Below, one piece after another: positions 51,405 to 60,301 of a stretch of 64,000 bases of DNA; position 1 is the stretch's first letter; each line of letters starts with the position of its first letter. The position numbers were made by a program, and so were the translations under genes. The notes below the pieces were generated by a model that saw only the letters and a list, made by a program, of their open reading frames with translations, did no database searches and had not been told where the DNA came from. The DNA is from Candidatus Eremiobacteria bacterium (lineage in GTDB: Bacteria; Vulcanimicrobiota; Vulcanimicrobiia; Vulcanimicrobiales; Vulcanimicrobiaceae): NCBI GenBank assembly GCA_963737065.1, contig CAVTRC010000001.1, forward strand, positions 2,016,001 through 2,080,000. Reading direction: 5' to 3'.

Positions 51405-52013
51405 GATGGCGAGCATATTGCGATGCGTGCTCGCGTACATACCTCGGTACGCCGAGCGGCTTTGCGGAGAACCAAACGGACACGCTCCCCTACGTCGGCA
51501 CGTTGCTGGGCGGGATGGTGGCGCAGTGCGATTGTGGTGACCGCGCTCGTATCCACGCTGACGACGCTCTGGACGACGATTTTGTACCTGTCGCGGTCGG
51601 CATTTGCGATGGGCCGCGACCGGCTGTTGCCCCGCGCGCTCGGCGAACTCGACCGGCGCGACGAACCGCTGTGGTCGCTCGCGGTCGTGGCCGTCCTCGT
51701 GACGGTATGCGAACTGGTTACCGGCTTTTCAAAGACGGCGACCGATCAACTTCAGCTCGTGCTCAATGCCAGCTCGGTTTTCCTCGGCCTGCTATTCGTG
51801 TTATCCGCCTTCGCAGCCGTGCGGCGGTTCAGGCACGACCGTAGCGCATCGTTGAGCAGCGTTATCATTCCTTCGGTCGGCGGCATCGCGTTGCTCGGCG
51901 TTCTCGCAGCAACGATCGCGGTCGAAGACCCCACCCTCCGCTGGTATGCGTGGTCGGGCATCGTCTTGGGTATACCGTTCGCACTCTGGCGCGGTCGGGT
52001 TCTGCGAGGGTAG
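51405..52013 (+). pseudogene. C-terminal half of an APC-family amino-acid permease (5'-truncated, frameshifted)
   Basis: SRSAFAMGRDRLLP motif and 5-6 TM helices; no room for the N-terminal half after the upstream gene. Confidence 0.65.
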
Positions 52014-52163
52014 AACCACGGTTTGCCTTCATGGTGCAGGGGAACGCTCGGAGTCCCCCAAACAAACCGCGCCAGCGTTCTCACCCGGACGCAAAATTTG
52101 TTTACACGGGGTCCGTAGCGGGGCTTCAGCGCCTCGCCGTCGATCCTTCGTGAGGGTCTGTAC

Positions 52164-52688
52164 TTGAACGAAAAAGAGATTATACTCACCGCCGAAGGCC
52201 TGGCGAAACTCCAGAACGAGCTCGATGAGCTCAAAACCGTCCATCGCAAAGAGGTCAACGACCGGATACGCCAGGCGAAAGAGTACGGTGACCTGAGCGA
52301 AAACGCCGAGTACGAGGATGCCAAGCAAGAGCAGGCGTTCATCGAAGGCCGTATCCTCAAACTCGAAGCGATGATTCGTAACTCGCGCATCATCGATGAA
52401 TCCGAATACGCAGCCGACGAAGTTCACTTGGGTGCGACCGTCAAGGTCAAAGACCTCAAGAACAACGACAGCTACGAGTTTCACATCGTCGGATCAGCGG
52501 AAGCGGACCCAACCGCGAAGCGCATCTCGAACGAATCGCCCCTCGGCCGCGCGCTCATCGGTCACAAGAAGGGCGAGACGGTCGACGTTTCCACGCCGCG
52601 CGGCGTCGTGAAATACAAGATCGAAGCGATCAAGAACGGCAACGGCGCAGTCGCGCCCGCAAAGAAGGCTGCAAAAAAAGCGTCTTAG
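52164..52688 (+). CDS. greA: Transcription elongation factor GreA
   Basis: YGDLSENAEY, ISNESPLGRALIG. Confidence 0.97.
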   Translation: MNEKEIILTAEGLAKLQNELDELKTVHRKEVNDRIRQAKEYGDLSENAEYEDAKQEQAFIEGRILKLEAMIRNSRIIDESEYAADEVHLGATVKVKDLKNNDSYEFHIVGSAEADPTAKRISNESPLGRALIGHKKGETVDVSTPRGVVKYKIEAIKNGNGAVAPAKKAAKKAS

Positions 52689-52716
52689 CCCGACGAGGTT
52701 CCCGGTTGTCATAGCG

Positions 52717-52862
52717 CGACGAGGTCCCGATCTATGAACCTTCGCGACGTACCGTCTTTTAGGCGCGCCCTAGGGGAGAGCTTCGTGTTCCTCACTTCTG
52801 TCGCGCGTCATGGTTAGGGGGCCCCACGAAGTGGGCGGCGCCGAGTCCGGGGCGGAGCGCCT
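52717..52862 (+). repeat. Extended palindromic element, copy K, overlapping the lysS 5' end
   Basis: Homologous to 49836-49986; partial extra CGACGAGGTTCCCG at 52691. Confidence 0.85.
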
Positions 52863-54357
52863 TACGACCGGGAAAAGTGAAGCTGCGCTTGTAGCGGCCA
52901 GACGCCAAAATCTGGCCGCTTTGCGTTCGCGCGGTTGCGACCCGTTTGAAGCGCGCCGCTTCACCGTCGATACGACCGCGGAGCAGTTGTTGCGCCAGTA
53001 TGAAGTGCTTGACGTCGGTCAGCATGCCGAGTCCGAGAACTGGAACATCGCCGGACGATTGATGTCGATCCGCACCGCCGGCAAAACACTTTTCGCCGAT
53101 CTGCACGACCGCACCGGCCGCCTGCAACTCTACGTTCGCAAAGATGAACTCGGCGACGAGCGGTTCGCGCAGTGGAACGATTTGGACCGCGGCGACATCA
53201 TCGGCGCGACGGGTTTCATGTTTCGTTCGAAAAAGGGCGACTTGACGCTGCACGTTCGTTCGTTCGAAATACTTGCAAAAGGATTGATGCCGCTGCCTGA
53301 TAAGTGGCATGGGCTGCAAGACGTCGAAAAGCGCTATCGGCAGCGGTACGTCGATCTCATCGTCAATTCTGAGGTTCGCGACACGATGATGATGCGCAGC
53401 CGCATCTTCGCCGAGGCGCGCCGCTTCATCGACGGCCATGGTTTCTACGAATGCGAAACGCCCACGCTGCTTCACGTGGCCGGGGGCGCAGCCGCGCGGC
53501 CGTTCCTAACGCACGTCAACGCGCTTTCGGGTGAGGAGATGCAACTTCGCATTGCGACCGAGTTGAATCTCAAGCGATTGATCGTCGGTGGAATGGAGCG
53601 CGTCTACGAGATCGGGCGAATTTTCCGCAACGAGGGCATCGACACGACGCACAATCCTGAGTTTACGATGCTCGAACTGTATGCGGCGTACTGGGACGTT
53701 CACGACATGATGGAGTTCAATGAAGCTTTGATCGCGCATCTCGTGAACGTGGTGAGCGGCGGCGACGATAAGCTGACCGTCGGCGAGCGCACGATCTCAT
53801 TTGCGCGTCCGTTCAAGCGCATCTCGTACCTGGACGGCATCGCGCAACATTCCGGTGGCCGATTCACCCGCGAACGTCTGCTCGATGCGACCGCGGCGGA
53901 CGAAATTCTAAAAGAACTCGAGTTGCCGAAGTCGCCGACGCACGGACACGCCCTCGATAAAATCTTCGAACGGGTGTTGGAGCCGCATTTGATCGAGCCG
54001 ACGTTCGTCATGGACTATCCCGTCATCATTTCGCCGCTTTCGAAGCGGAAGGCCGGTGACGCCGACCTGGTCGATCGCTACGAACTGTTCTGCAACAACA
54101 TGGAGATTTCGAACGCATTCACCGAGCTGAACGATCCGGACGATCAGCGCGCGCGCTTCGAAGCACAAGTCCGCGAACGCGCCCAAGGAGACGAAGAGAT
54201 TCCCCATCCGGATTGGGATTTCGTGCGGGCGCTCGAGTACGGTATGCCGCCGACGGCCGGCATCGGGATCGGCATGGATCGCCTCGTCATGCTCCTGACG
54301 AACAACACCTCGATCCGCGACGTCCTGCTCTTCCCGCTCCAGCGGCAGCACGGATAA
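52810..54357 (+). CDS. lysS: Lysyl-tRNA synthetase (class II)
   Basis: RYRQRYVDL, GGAAARPF, FRNEGID..HNPEF, YGMPPTAGIGIGMDRL. Confidence 0.97.
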   Translation: MVRGPHEVGGAESGAERLTTGKSEAALVAARRQNLAALRSRGCDPFEARRFTVDTTAEQLLRQYEVLDVGQHAESENWNIAGRLMSIRTAGKTLFADLHDRTGRLQLYVRKDELGDERFAQWNDLDRGDIIGATGFMFRSKKGDLTLHVRSFEILAKGLMPLPDKWHGLQDVEKRYRQRYVDLIVNSEVRDTMMMRSRIFAEARRFIDGHGFYECETPTLLHVAGGAAARPFLTHVNALSGEEMQLRIATELNLKRLIVGGMERVYEIGRIFRNEGIDTTHNPEFTMLELYAAYWDVHDMMEFNEALIAHLVNVVSGGDDKLTVGERTISFARPFKRISYLDGIAQHSGGRFTRERLLDATAADEILKELELPKSPTHGHALDKIFERVLEPHLIEPTFVMDYPVIISPLSKRKAGDADLVDRYELFCNNMEISNAFTELNDPDDQRARFEAQVRERAQGDEEIPHPDWDFVRALEYGMPPTAGIGIGMDRLVMLLTNNTSIRDVLLFPLQRQHG

Positions 54358-54418
54358 AAAGCAAACGCCGCGAGGCCCCTCCGGCGTCGTGCATGAATCA
54401 ATCAATCTCGCTTTCGTT

Positions 54419-55547
54419 ATGAAGGGGCGTCGCATGTCGTTTGGTCGTGCGTTTGCGGTTTTCGGTGTTGCTGCGATGCTCGCGGGCTGCGCAGGCGGAG
54501 GGACGAGCGGTGGTGGCAATGGGAACGTGAGCCCGCCGGCCGCCCCATCGAGCGCGAACATGACGAAGAAGAGCGTTCAGCGCGCTGACGTGCAAAGTTC
54601 GCTTGCCGGCGTGCAGGCGATGCGCGAAGCCGTTGGCCCGGGCACGAGCGCTTTCGTCCGTCAACGCAACGCTTTGAAAGCCGCGGTAGCGAAAGCGCGG
54701 CGCGCGGGAATGTTCGGCATACTGCACCCGATGGCGACGGCAACGAGTGACCCGAATTGCAACGGAAGCGGTTCGTCGGAATCAACAGCGCCCGGGTCGA
54801 ACGGCTCGGTCGTCATTACGGTGTCGACGTATTATGATTCCGCGTGCACCGATATCGAGAGCGTCATCGTATGGACCGCGACACAAAGCGGAAGCACCGT
54901 GAACGGGCCCGCGACCGTTACGCTGTACTCGAAGAACGGGACCGTGACCGAAACAGCCTCGGCGCAAGTGCAGTTCATCTACAGCGACTCCACGCTCTCC
55001 GTGGTGACCGGGATCTCGATCCTGATGACGAGCATTGTGGATAACGGGAAAAATCAGGGCGAACTCGGTGTCGGCTGTAACATTGCGTCCGCGACGACGA
55101 TTTCGTGCGGAGTGGCAGTCGCTGCCGACGTGTACGCGGCGCAGATCGAAGAGGGCGCGAACGTCAGCTTCACGGCGACGCATGACGTCGAGCGGCGCAT
55201 CGATGTCGATGCAGGCGAGCGCATATCAAAGTTCGCTCGACGCGTTATCGATCGCTCCGGCGCAGTTCCCGGACTGGACGATTTCGCCCGCGTCCACGCA
55301 AACCGGATCCGTAGCGATCAGCGGCTCGGAAATCGGTTTGAGCGTTTCGCTGACCGTTGCGGATACGACGAATGCGGGTTCGGTCGCTATTAGCGGTACG
55401 GTGAGCGGCACGGTGAAGGGAACGCTGCGGCGCAACGACACCAATGCGACCGTCGGCGGCTTCACAATCGACGAATTCGGCAACGGCACGTTGACATACG
55501 GCGACGGCACGCAGGTGCAAATCGTGAACTACGCAGTACAGGGGTAG
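54419..55547 (+). CDS. Hypothetical Ser/Thr-rich lipoprotein; frameshift near 55180
   Basis: Lipobox MLAGC; composition continues in the 55035-55547 frame. Confidence 0.7.
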
Positions 55548-55610
55548 AGTGGACGGGGAAAAGTGCGCTCACGAGCAGTGCACGTGTTACGTCGATCTCG
55601 GTGAGACGTA

Positions 55611-56498
55611 TTGTGCTCGGCACTGCCGCGAAGCGGAGGAACAAGATCCCGATGCGGCGCCCGCGAGCCGGTGCGGCTGCCGCCATGTCGAGTGCGCGAA
55701 CGGCAGTTAACGACGACGATTCGCGCGGCGGTGGAATATGACGGCTCGCGATTCTTCGGCTTTCAATTTCAACCCGCCGCACGAACCGTTGCGGGCGAAT
55801 TAGAGCGTGCGCTTTCGTCACTGCTGCAAGAGCCGGTAAAGATTTCGGGAGCCGGGCGAACCGACACCGGCGTCCACGCGAGCGGGCAAGTCATTTCGTT
55901 TAGCACTGTTCGCTCTTTTCCATTCGAGCGTCTTGCGGTCGCGTGCAATAGCAGACTTCCCGACGACGTCTCCGTCCGCGATGTCGCAATCGTCGACGCA
56001 CCGTTCTCGGCGCGTTTCTCCGCTCGTTCACGCACCTACGTCTATGCTATTCTTCGTCGCAAGGACCGCTCTGCGTTGCTTGCACGCCGCGCGTACCACG
56101 TGTACGGCACGCTCGACGTGGACGCTATGCGCGAAGGCGCGAAGCATCTAATCGGCGAGCACGACTTCCGTTCGTTTTGTGGAATGCTGCCGGAGGGCGG
56201 CGTGACGATTCGCACTGTGCGCGCGCTCGACATCGGCGAATCCGGCGAGTACCTGCGCGTGCAGATTTCCGCCGACGGCTTTTTACACCGCATGGTCCGC
56301 ACGATCGTCGGAACGCTTGTCGAGTGCGGGCTGGAGCGCCGCGATCCCACGACGATCCCGGATGTGTTGGACGCAAAGGCGCGCGCCGCCGCCGGATTAA
56401 CCGCGCCCGCACACGGGTTGTATTTGGCGGGTGTCCGTTATGAGGACGGGTACGATTCGTACGCGGAGCCGCCCGTATTCGTATGGAGCGCATCATGA
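55611..56498 (+). CDS. truA: tRNA pseudouridine(38-40) synthase
   Basis: EYDGSRFFGFQ, GRTDTGVHA, GEHDF, FLHRMVR; true start probably near 55700. Confidence 0.95.
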   Translation: MCSALPRSGGTRSRCGAREPVRLPPCRVRERQLTTTIRAAVEYDGSRFFGFQFQPAARTVAGELERALSSLLQEPVKISGAGRTDTGVHASGQVISFSTVRSFPFERLAVACNSRLPDDVSVRDVAIVDAPFSARFSARSRTYVYAILRRKDRSALLARRAYHVYGTLDVDAMREGAKHLIGEHDFRSFCGMLPEGGVTIRTVRALDIGESGEYLRVQISADGFLHRMVRTIVGTLVECGLERRDPTTIPDVLDAKARAAAGLTAPAHGLYLAGVRYEDGYDSYAEPPVFVWSAS

Positions 56499-56515
56499 CC
56501 GAGAAGCGCGTTGCG

Positions 56516-56920
56516 CTATCGGCCAATCTCTTCCAGCAGCCGCTGCAGCTGTTTCGTTTGGCCGATGCTGAGCCGACGTAAAAGCTTCGCCCCGCGTTCG
56601 CCGGCTGCGGTTGCCGCCTCATCGACCAGCGCACGTCCGCCGCCGTAAGGAAAACATGCGAGGCGCGGCCGTCGCCCGGGGTCGCGTTTGCGCTCGACGA
56701 TTCCGCGTTTCTCGAGCGGCAGAAGCGCGCGCGTAACGCCCGAAGGAGTGAGATGAAGGTCGTGTGCGAGTTCGGTCGGGCGGCGGCCGCTTTCCGCACC
56801 TCGTAGCGCGAGGAGCAGGCGCAGTTCGGCGAAGCTCAAGCCGGCGACTTCGAGCGACCGCGTCGCGACGGCGTGTGCGGACGCGAGCGCCAAGAGCGTT
56901 TCCATTGCATCGGTGGACAT
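56516..56920 (-). CDS. MarR-family transcriptional regulator
   Basis: ELAHDLHLTPSGVTRALLPLEKRG; the DGRASHVFLT wing motif lies in an adjacent frame (compensating indels). Confidence 0.85.
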   Translation of the reverse strand: MSTDAMETLLALASAHAVATRSLEVAGLSFAELRLLLALRGAESGRRPTELAHDLHLTPSGVTRALLPLEKRGIVERKRDPGRRPRLACFPYGGGRALVDEAATAAGERGAKLLRRLSIGQTKQLQRLLEEIGR

Positions 56921-56931
56921 AGCTGGACGTA

Positions 56932-56949
56932 TATTTGATATGTCAAATA
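56932..56949. promoter_or_regulatory. Palindromic operator, likely MarR autoregulatory site
   Basis: TATTTGA-TATG-TCAAATA, 12 bp upstream of the MarR start. Confidence 0.55.
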
Positions 56950-57071
56950 CTTGTCAAATGGTTTTCGCTCGTAAAAATCGCTTGACGGCCGCCCCGGGAC
57001 AACCGCTAAGATGCGTAAGTTCGCCGCGCCCGACGGCGCGACGGATCTACTTTCTGGTCAGGATACTTTCG

Positions 57072-57496
57072 ATGCGAACGACGCTACAAAAAACCGCCGA
57101 GACGAAGGCCGATTGGTACGTCGTCGACGCGGCCGGGCAACGTCTCGGTACGCTCGCCGTGCGCATTGCGCGCGCGCTCTCCGGTAAACACAAACCTACG
57201 TGGACCCCGCATATCGACAACGGCGATTACGTCATTGTGATCAACGCCGAGAGAATCGAGCTCGGCGGAAAGAAGTGGGACGAGAAAGTCTACCACGATC
57301 ACAGCGGCTTCCCGGGCGGGCTCAAGACGAAGACCGCGCGTGAGATTCACGAGAAGCATCCACGCGCCTCATCGAAAAAGCCGTGCGCGGCATGCTTCCG
57401 ACGAATCGGATGCGCGACGTTCAACTGGGCCGGTTGAAAGTCTACACCGGGCCGTCGCATGCACACGACGCGCAGAAGCCGCAACCGCTGTTCTAG
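57072..57496 (+). CDS. rplM: 50S ribosomal protein L13; apparent frameshift near 57365
   Basis: [36 protein letters not shown]...LKVY in the shifted frame. Confidence 0.95.
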
Positions 57497-57504
57497 GAGT
57501 ATTC

Positions 57505-57897
57505 TTGGACACCAATCAGATTCAAGCCACCGGACGACGCAAGCGCGCAATCGCGCGAGTGAAGCTCGTCCTCGGCCAAGGCATCATCACCGTCAATAAA
57601 AAGCCGATCGAAGAGTACTTCCCGCGTCCACAACTCCAACAGATCGTTCGTCAGCCGCTCGAAGCAACGCAGAGCGGCGGTCGCTTTGACGTCGTCGTCA
57701 AAGCGGAAGGCGGCGGCGTGACCGGACAAGCCGGTGCCGTACGTCACGGTATCGCGCGGGCGCTGGTGGAGATGGACGCTTCGTTCAAAGAGATTTTGCG
57801 TAAGAACGGTTTTCTCACCCGCGATCCGCGCGAAAAAGAATCGAAGAAGTACGGTCGCAAGCGCGCTCGTAAACGCTTCCAGTTCTCGAAGCGCTAA
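57505..57897 (+). CDS. rpsI: 30S ribosomal protein S9
   Basis: [32 protein letters not shown]. Confidence 0.97.
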   Translation: MDTNQIQATGRRKRAIARVKLVLGQGIITVNKKPIEEYFPRPQLQQIVRQPLEATQSGGRFDVVVKAEGGGVTGQAGAVRHGIARALVEMDASFKEILRKNGFLTRDPREKESKKYGRKRARKRFQFSKR

Positions 57898-57920
57898 TTT
57901 CGAGCGAATTGCGTATCAAC

Positions 57921-59005
57921 ATGAGAAATGGGAGCCGCCCTTTGGGCGGCTCCTTTGCTTTATCGCTTGTTCCCGCCATCGGCATTGCGCTCGGCGTGCT
58001 GACATTGCTCGTTCCCTCCAACGCACAGTGGGTCGAAAGCGTCTTTGCCAACGGCGTCTATCCGCAGTGGGAGCGCGCCGATCTTTCCGGTCACGAACGC
58101 GATGCCATGGTCGCTGGGCGACGTTGCGGTTGCACTCGGCATCGTCTTACTCGTCTGGCGCGTTCCGATTTGGTTTCGGAACCGCACGAAGATCGCGCGA
58201 TGGCGACGTATTGCGCTGACGGTCGTCGAACTGCTGGGCATCGCCGGCCTCTATTACTTCTGGTTCGAAGCGAGCTGGGGATGGAACTACAATCGCGCGC
58301 CGATCGAATCACGCGTGTTGTACCGTGCGTCCGCTGTAACGCCGCACGCGGTCGACGACCTTCGTCGGCGCGCGATAACGCAGCTCAATCGCCTCGCGCC
58401 GCTGGCTCACGCGAGACCGAACGGTCAGTTTGACCTGTCGCACATTGTACGTCGCATGGCTTCCTGTCGTGCAAGCCGGCGGCGATACGTGGACGCCGCT
58501 CACCGGTGCGCCGAAGCCGACGCTGTTCGACCCGTTCATGGATGCGACCGGAACCAGCGGTTTCATCAACCCGCTCACGTTGAACGTTCATCTCGCGAGC
58601 GACTTGCTCTGGTTCGAGCGTCCTTTTTCGCTCGCGCACGAGTGGAGTCACGTCGCCGCGTACGCTCGCGAAGATGAAGCAAATTACATCGCCATCGTCA
58701 CGTGCACGCGCTCGCCCGATCCGGTGCTCGCGTACTCCGGCTGGTTGGAGCTCTTCCTCTATCTGCCGCCGCTGGCGAAATATTCAAACACGACGTTCGT
58801 GCCGGACGTATGGCGCGATTTCGCGGCGCTGAGAAAGCGCAATGCGCAGCGCATCAACGCGCGCCTCGCGTCCGTATCTTGGCATACGTACAACTCGTAT
58901 CTACAAAGCAACCACATCCCCAGCGGCGTCGCAAACTACAACGAGGTGACGCGGCTCTATCTCGGTGTGACGCTCAGCGCAAGCGGCATTCCGGTCTCTC
59001 GGTAG
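57921..59005 (+). CDS. DUF3810-like membrane-anchored HExxH protein; two apparent frameshifts
   Basis: WVESVFANGVYP / PWSLGD...WGWNYNR / GFINP..AHEWSH..REDEANY across three frames. Confidence 0.75.
57931..57961 (+). terminator. Terminator after rpsI
   Basis: GGAGCCGCCC-TTT-GGGCGGCTCC followed by TTTGCTTT. Confidence 0.65.
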
Positions 59006-59056
59006 TTCTGTTTCTGCTCATTCTCAGGGTAAACCGGCACAGTGTCCCGTGGAAAG

Positions 59057-60301
59057 ATGAGAGATCCTGCGCGACTTGCCGGTGCCGGCGCGTTAGCCGC
59101 CGTTTTGTTGTTTACCGTTCCGCTCGCGGCGTGCGCGAGACACGAACGAGCGCCCCGGCAGCAGACGCCGTACGTCACGACGGCGGTCGCCAACGTCGGC
59201 GACATCGTGCCATCTTCTTCGATGTCCGGTCTCATCGCGCCGTTCGAAGAGGTTGCCATCCAGAGCTCGCTCGCCGAACCCGCCGATGCGGTGTACGTGC
59301 AGGAAGGCGATCACGTGACGAAGGGCGAGCTTCTTGCGCGGTTGGACACCGCTGATTTGCAAGCGGAAGTTCAATCGGACCTGGCAACCGCGCAGAGCAA
59401 TCAGGCGAACACGCAACATAACATCTACTCCGGCAGCGCGACGATTACGCAAGGCAATCAGCAACTCTCCGGTGCGCGCGCCACGCTCGTGCGCGATCAG
59501 GGCGTGCTCGCACGCGATCAGCAGTTGTACCGCCAAGGGTATGTCTCGCTCCAGCAAGTTCAGTCGGACGAAGCGACCGTGAGGAACGACGAAGCTAACG
59601 TTCGCGCTGCGCAAGCTACGGTTTCGGCAAACGGCCCCAGCATCAACGCGCCGGGCGCGCAGTCCGCGACCGTCGCGCAGTCGCGCGCGCAAGTTGCCGT
59701 CGCACTGGCGCAAGCGCAGCAGATTCGAGTCCAAATTTCAAAAGCGACGATCGTTTCTCCGATCGACGGCGTCGTCGTCAATCGCAATTTGAATCCCGGA
59801 GAATATCCCGGGAACCGTCAGATTTTCACGCTACAGCAAGTGAAACCGGCGTATGCAATTCTGCGCGGATCAGCAGCCCAAGTCGAGGGCATAACGAGCG
59901 GCACCGTTGCGTCGATTTCAGTCGCCGGCGCACGCAGCTCAAACTTACGCGGCAACGTCGTCGGCGTGCTCAACGAGATTCAGCCCGGTTCGACCGAATT
60001 CCAAGTCAAGGTGCTGCTGCCCAACGAAGATGAATCGCTGCGACCCGGTATGGCGGTTGAGGGCAAGCTGCGTCTGCCTGCCGTGCGCGGCGTACGAATT
60101 CCGCAGACGGCGTTCACCGACGACAACCATGATGCCTTACAGATCGTGCAGCCGGACAGCACCGTTAGGACCGTGAAAGTTTCCGAGCGCGCAAACGATG
60201 GGACGACGTCGGTCGTGACGGGCATCGCCTCCGGAACTCGCATCGTCGCAAACGGTCAAACGAGCATCGGCGACGGCGAGAAGATTTCGTACCGGCCATG
60301 A
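59057..60301 (+). CDS. RND efflux periplasmic adaptor
   Basis: Lipobox LAAC, VQEGDHVTKGELLA, ISKATIVSPIDGVV, LRPGM. Confidence 0.92.
   Translation: MRDPARLAGAGALAAVLLFTVPLAACARHERAPRQQTPYVTTAVANVGDIVPSSSMSGLIAPFEEVAIQSSLAEPADAVYVQEGDHVTKGELLARLDTADLQAEVQSDLATAQSNQANTQHNIYSGSATITQGNQQLSGARATLVRDQGVLARDQQLYRQGYVSLQQVQSDEATVRNDEANVRAAQATVSANGPSINAPGAQSATVAQSRAQVAVALAQAQQIRVQISKATIVSPIDGVVVNRNLNPGEYPGNRQIFTLQQVKPAYAILRGSAAQVEGITSGTVASISVAGARSSNLRGNVVGVLNEIQPGSTEFQVKVLLPNEDESLRPGMAVEGKLRLPAVRGVRIPQTAFTDDNHDALQIVQPDSTVRTVKVSERANDGTTSVVTGIASGTRIVANGQTSIGDGEKISYRP

Noticed and set aside
52020..52160. Riboswitch or further repeat copy upstream of greA
   Set aside because: Only short GGGG/CCCC matches; I could not fit the repeat consensus or a known motif.
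56982..57050. rplM sigma70 promoter (TTGACG...TAAGAT) and leader hairpin
   Set aside because: Plausible, but the 19-bp spacer is non-optimal and there is no independent support, so it is not listed as a feature.
25258..59005. Programmed frameshifting or pseudogenisation in thiolase, sucD, redoxin, lipoprotein, marR, rplM and DUF3810
   Set aside because: Scattered single-base indels that also hit essential rplM, with no shared slippery motif, are best explained as long-read errors. This also makes G-run lengths in the repeats uncertain.
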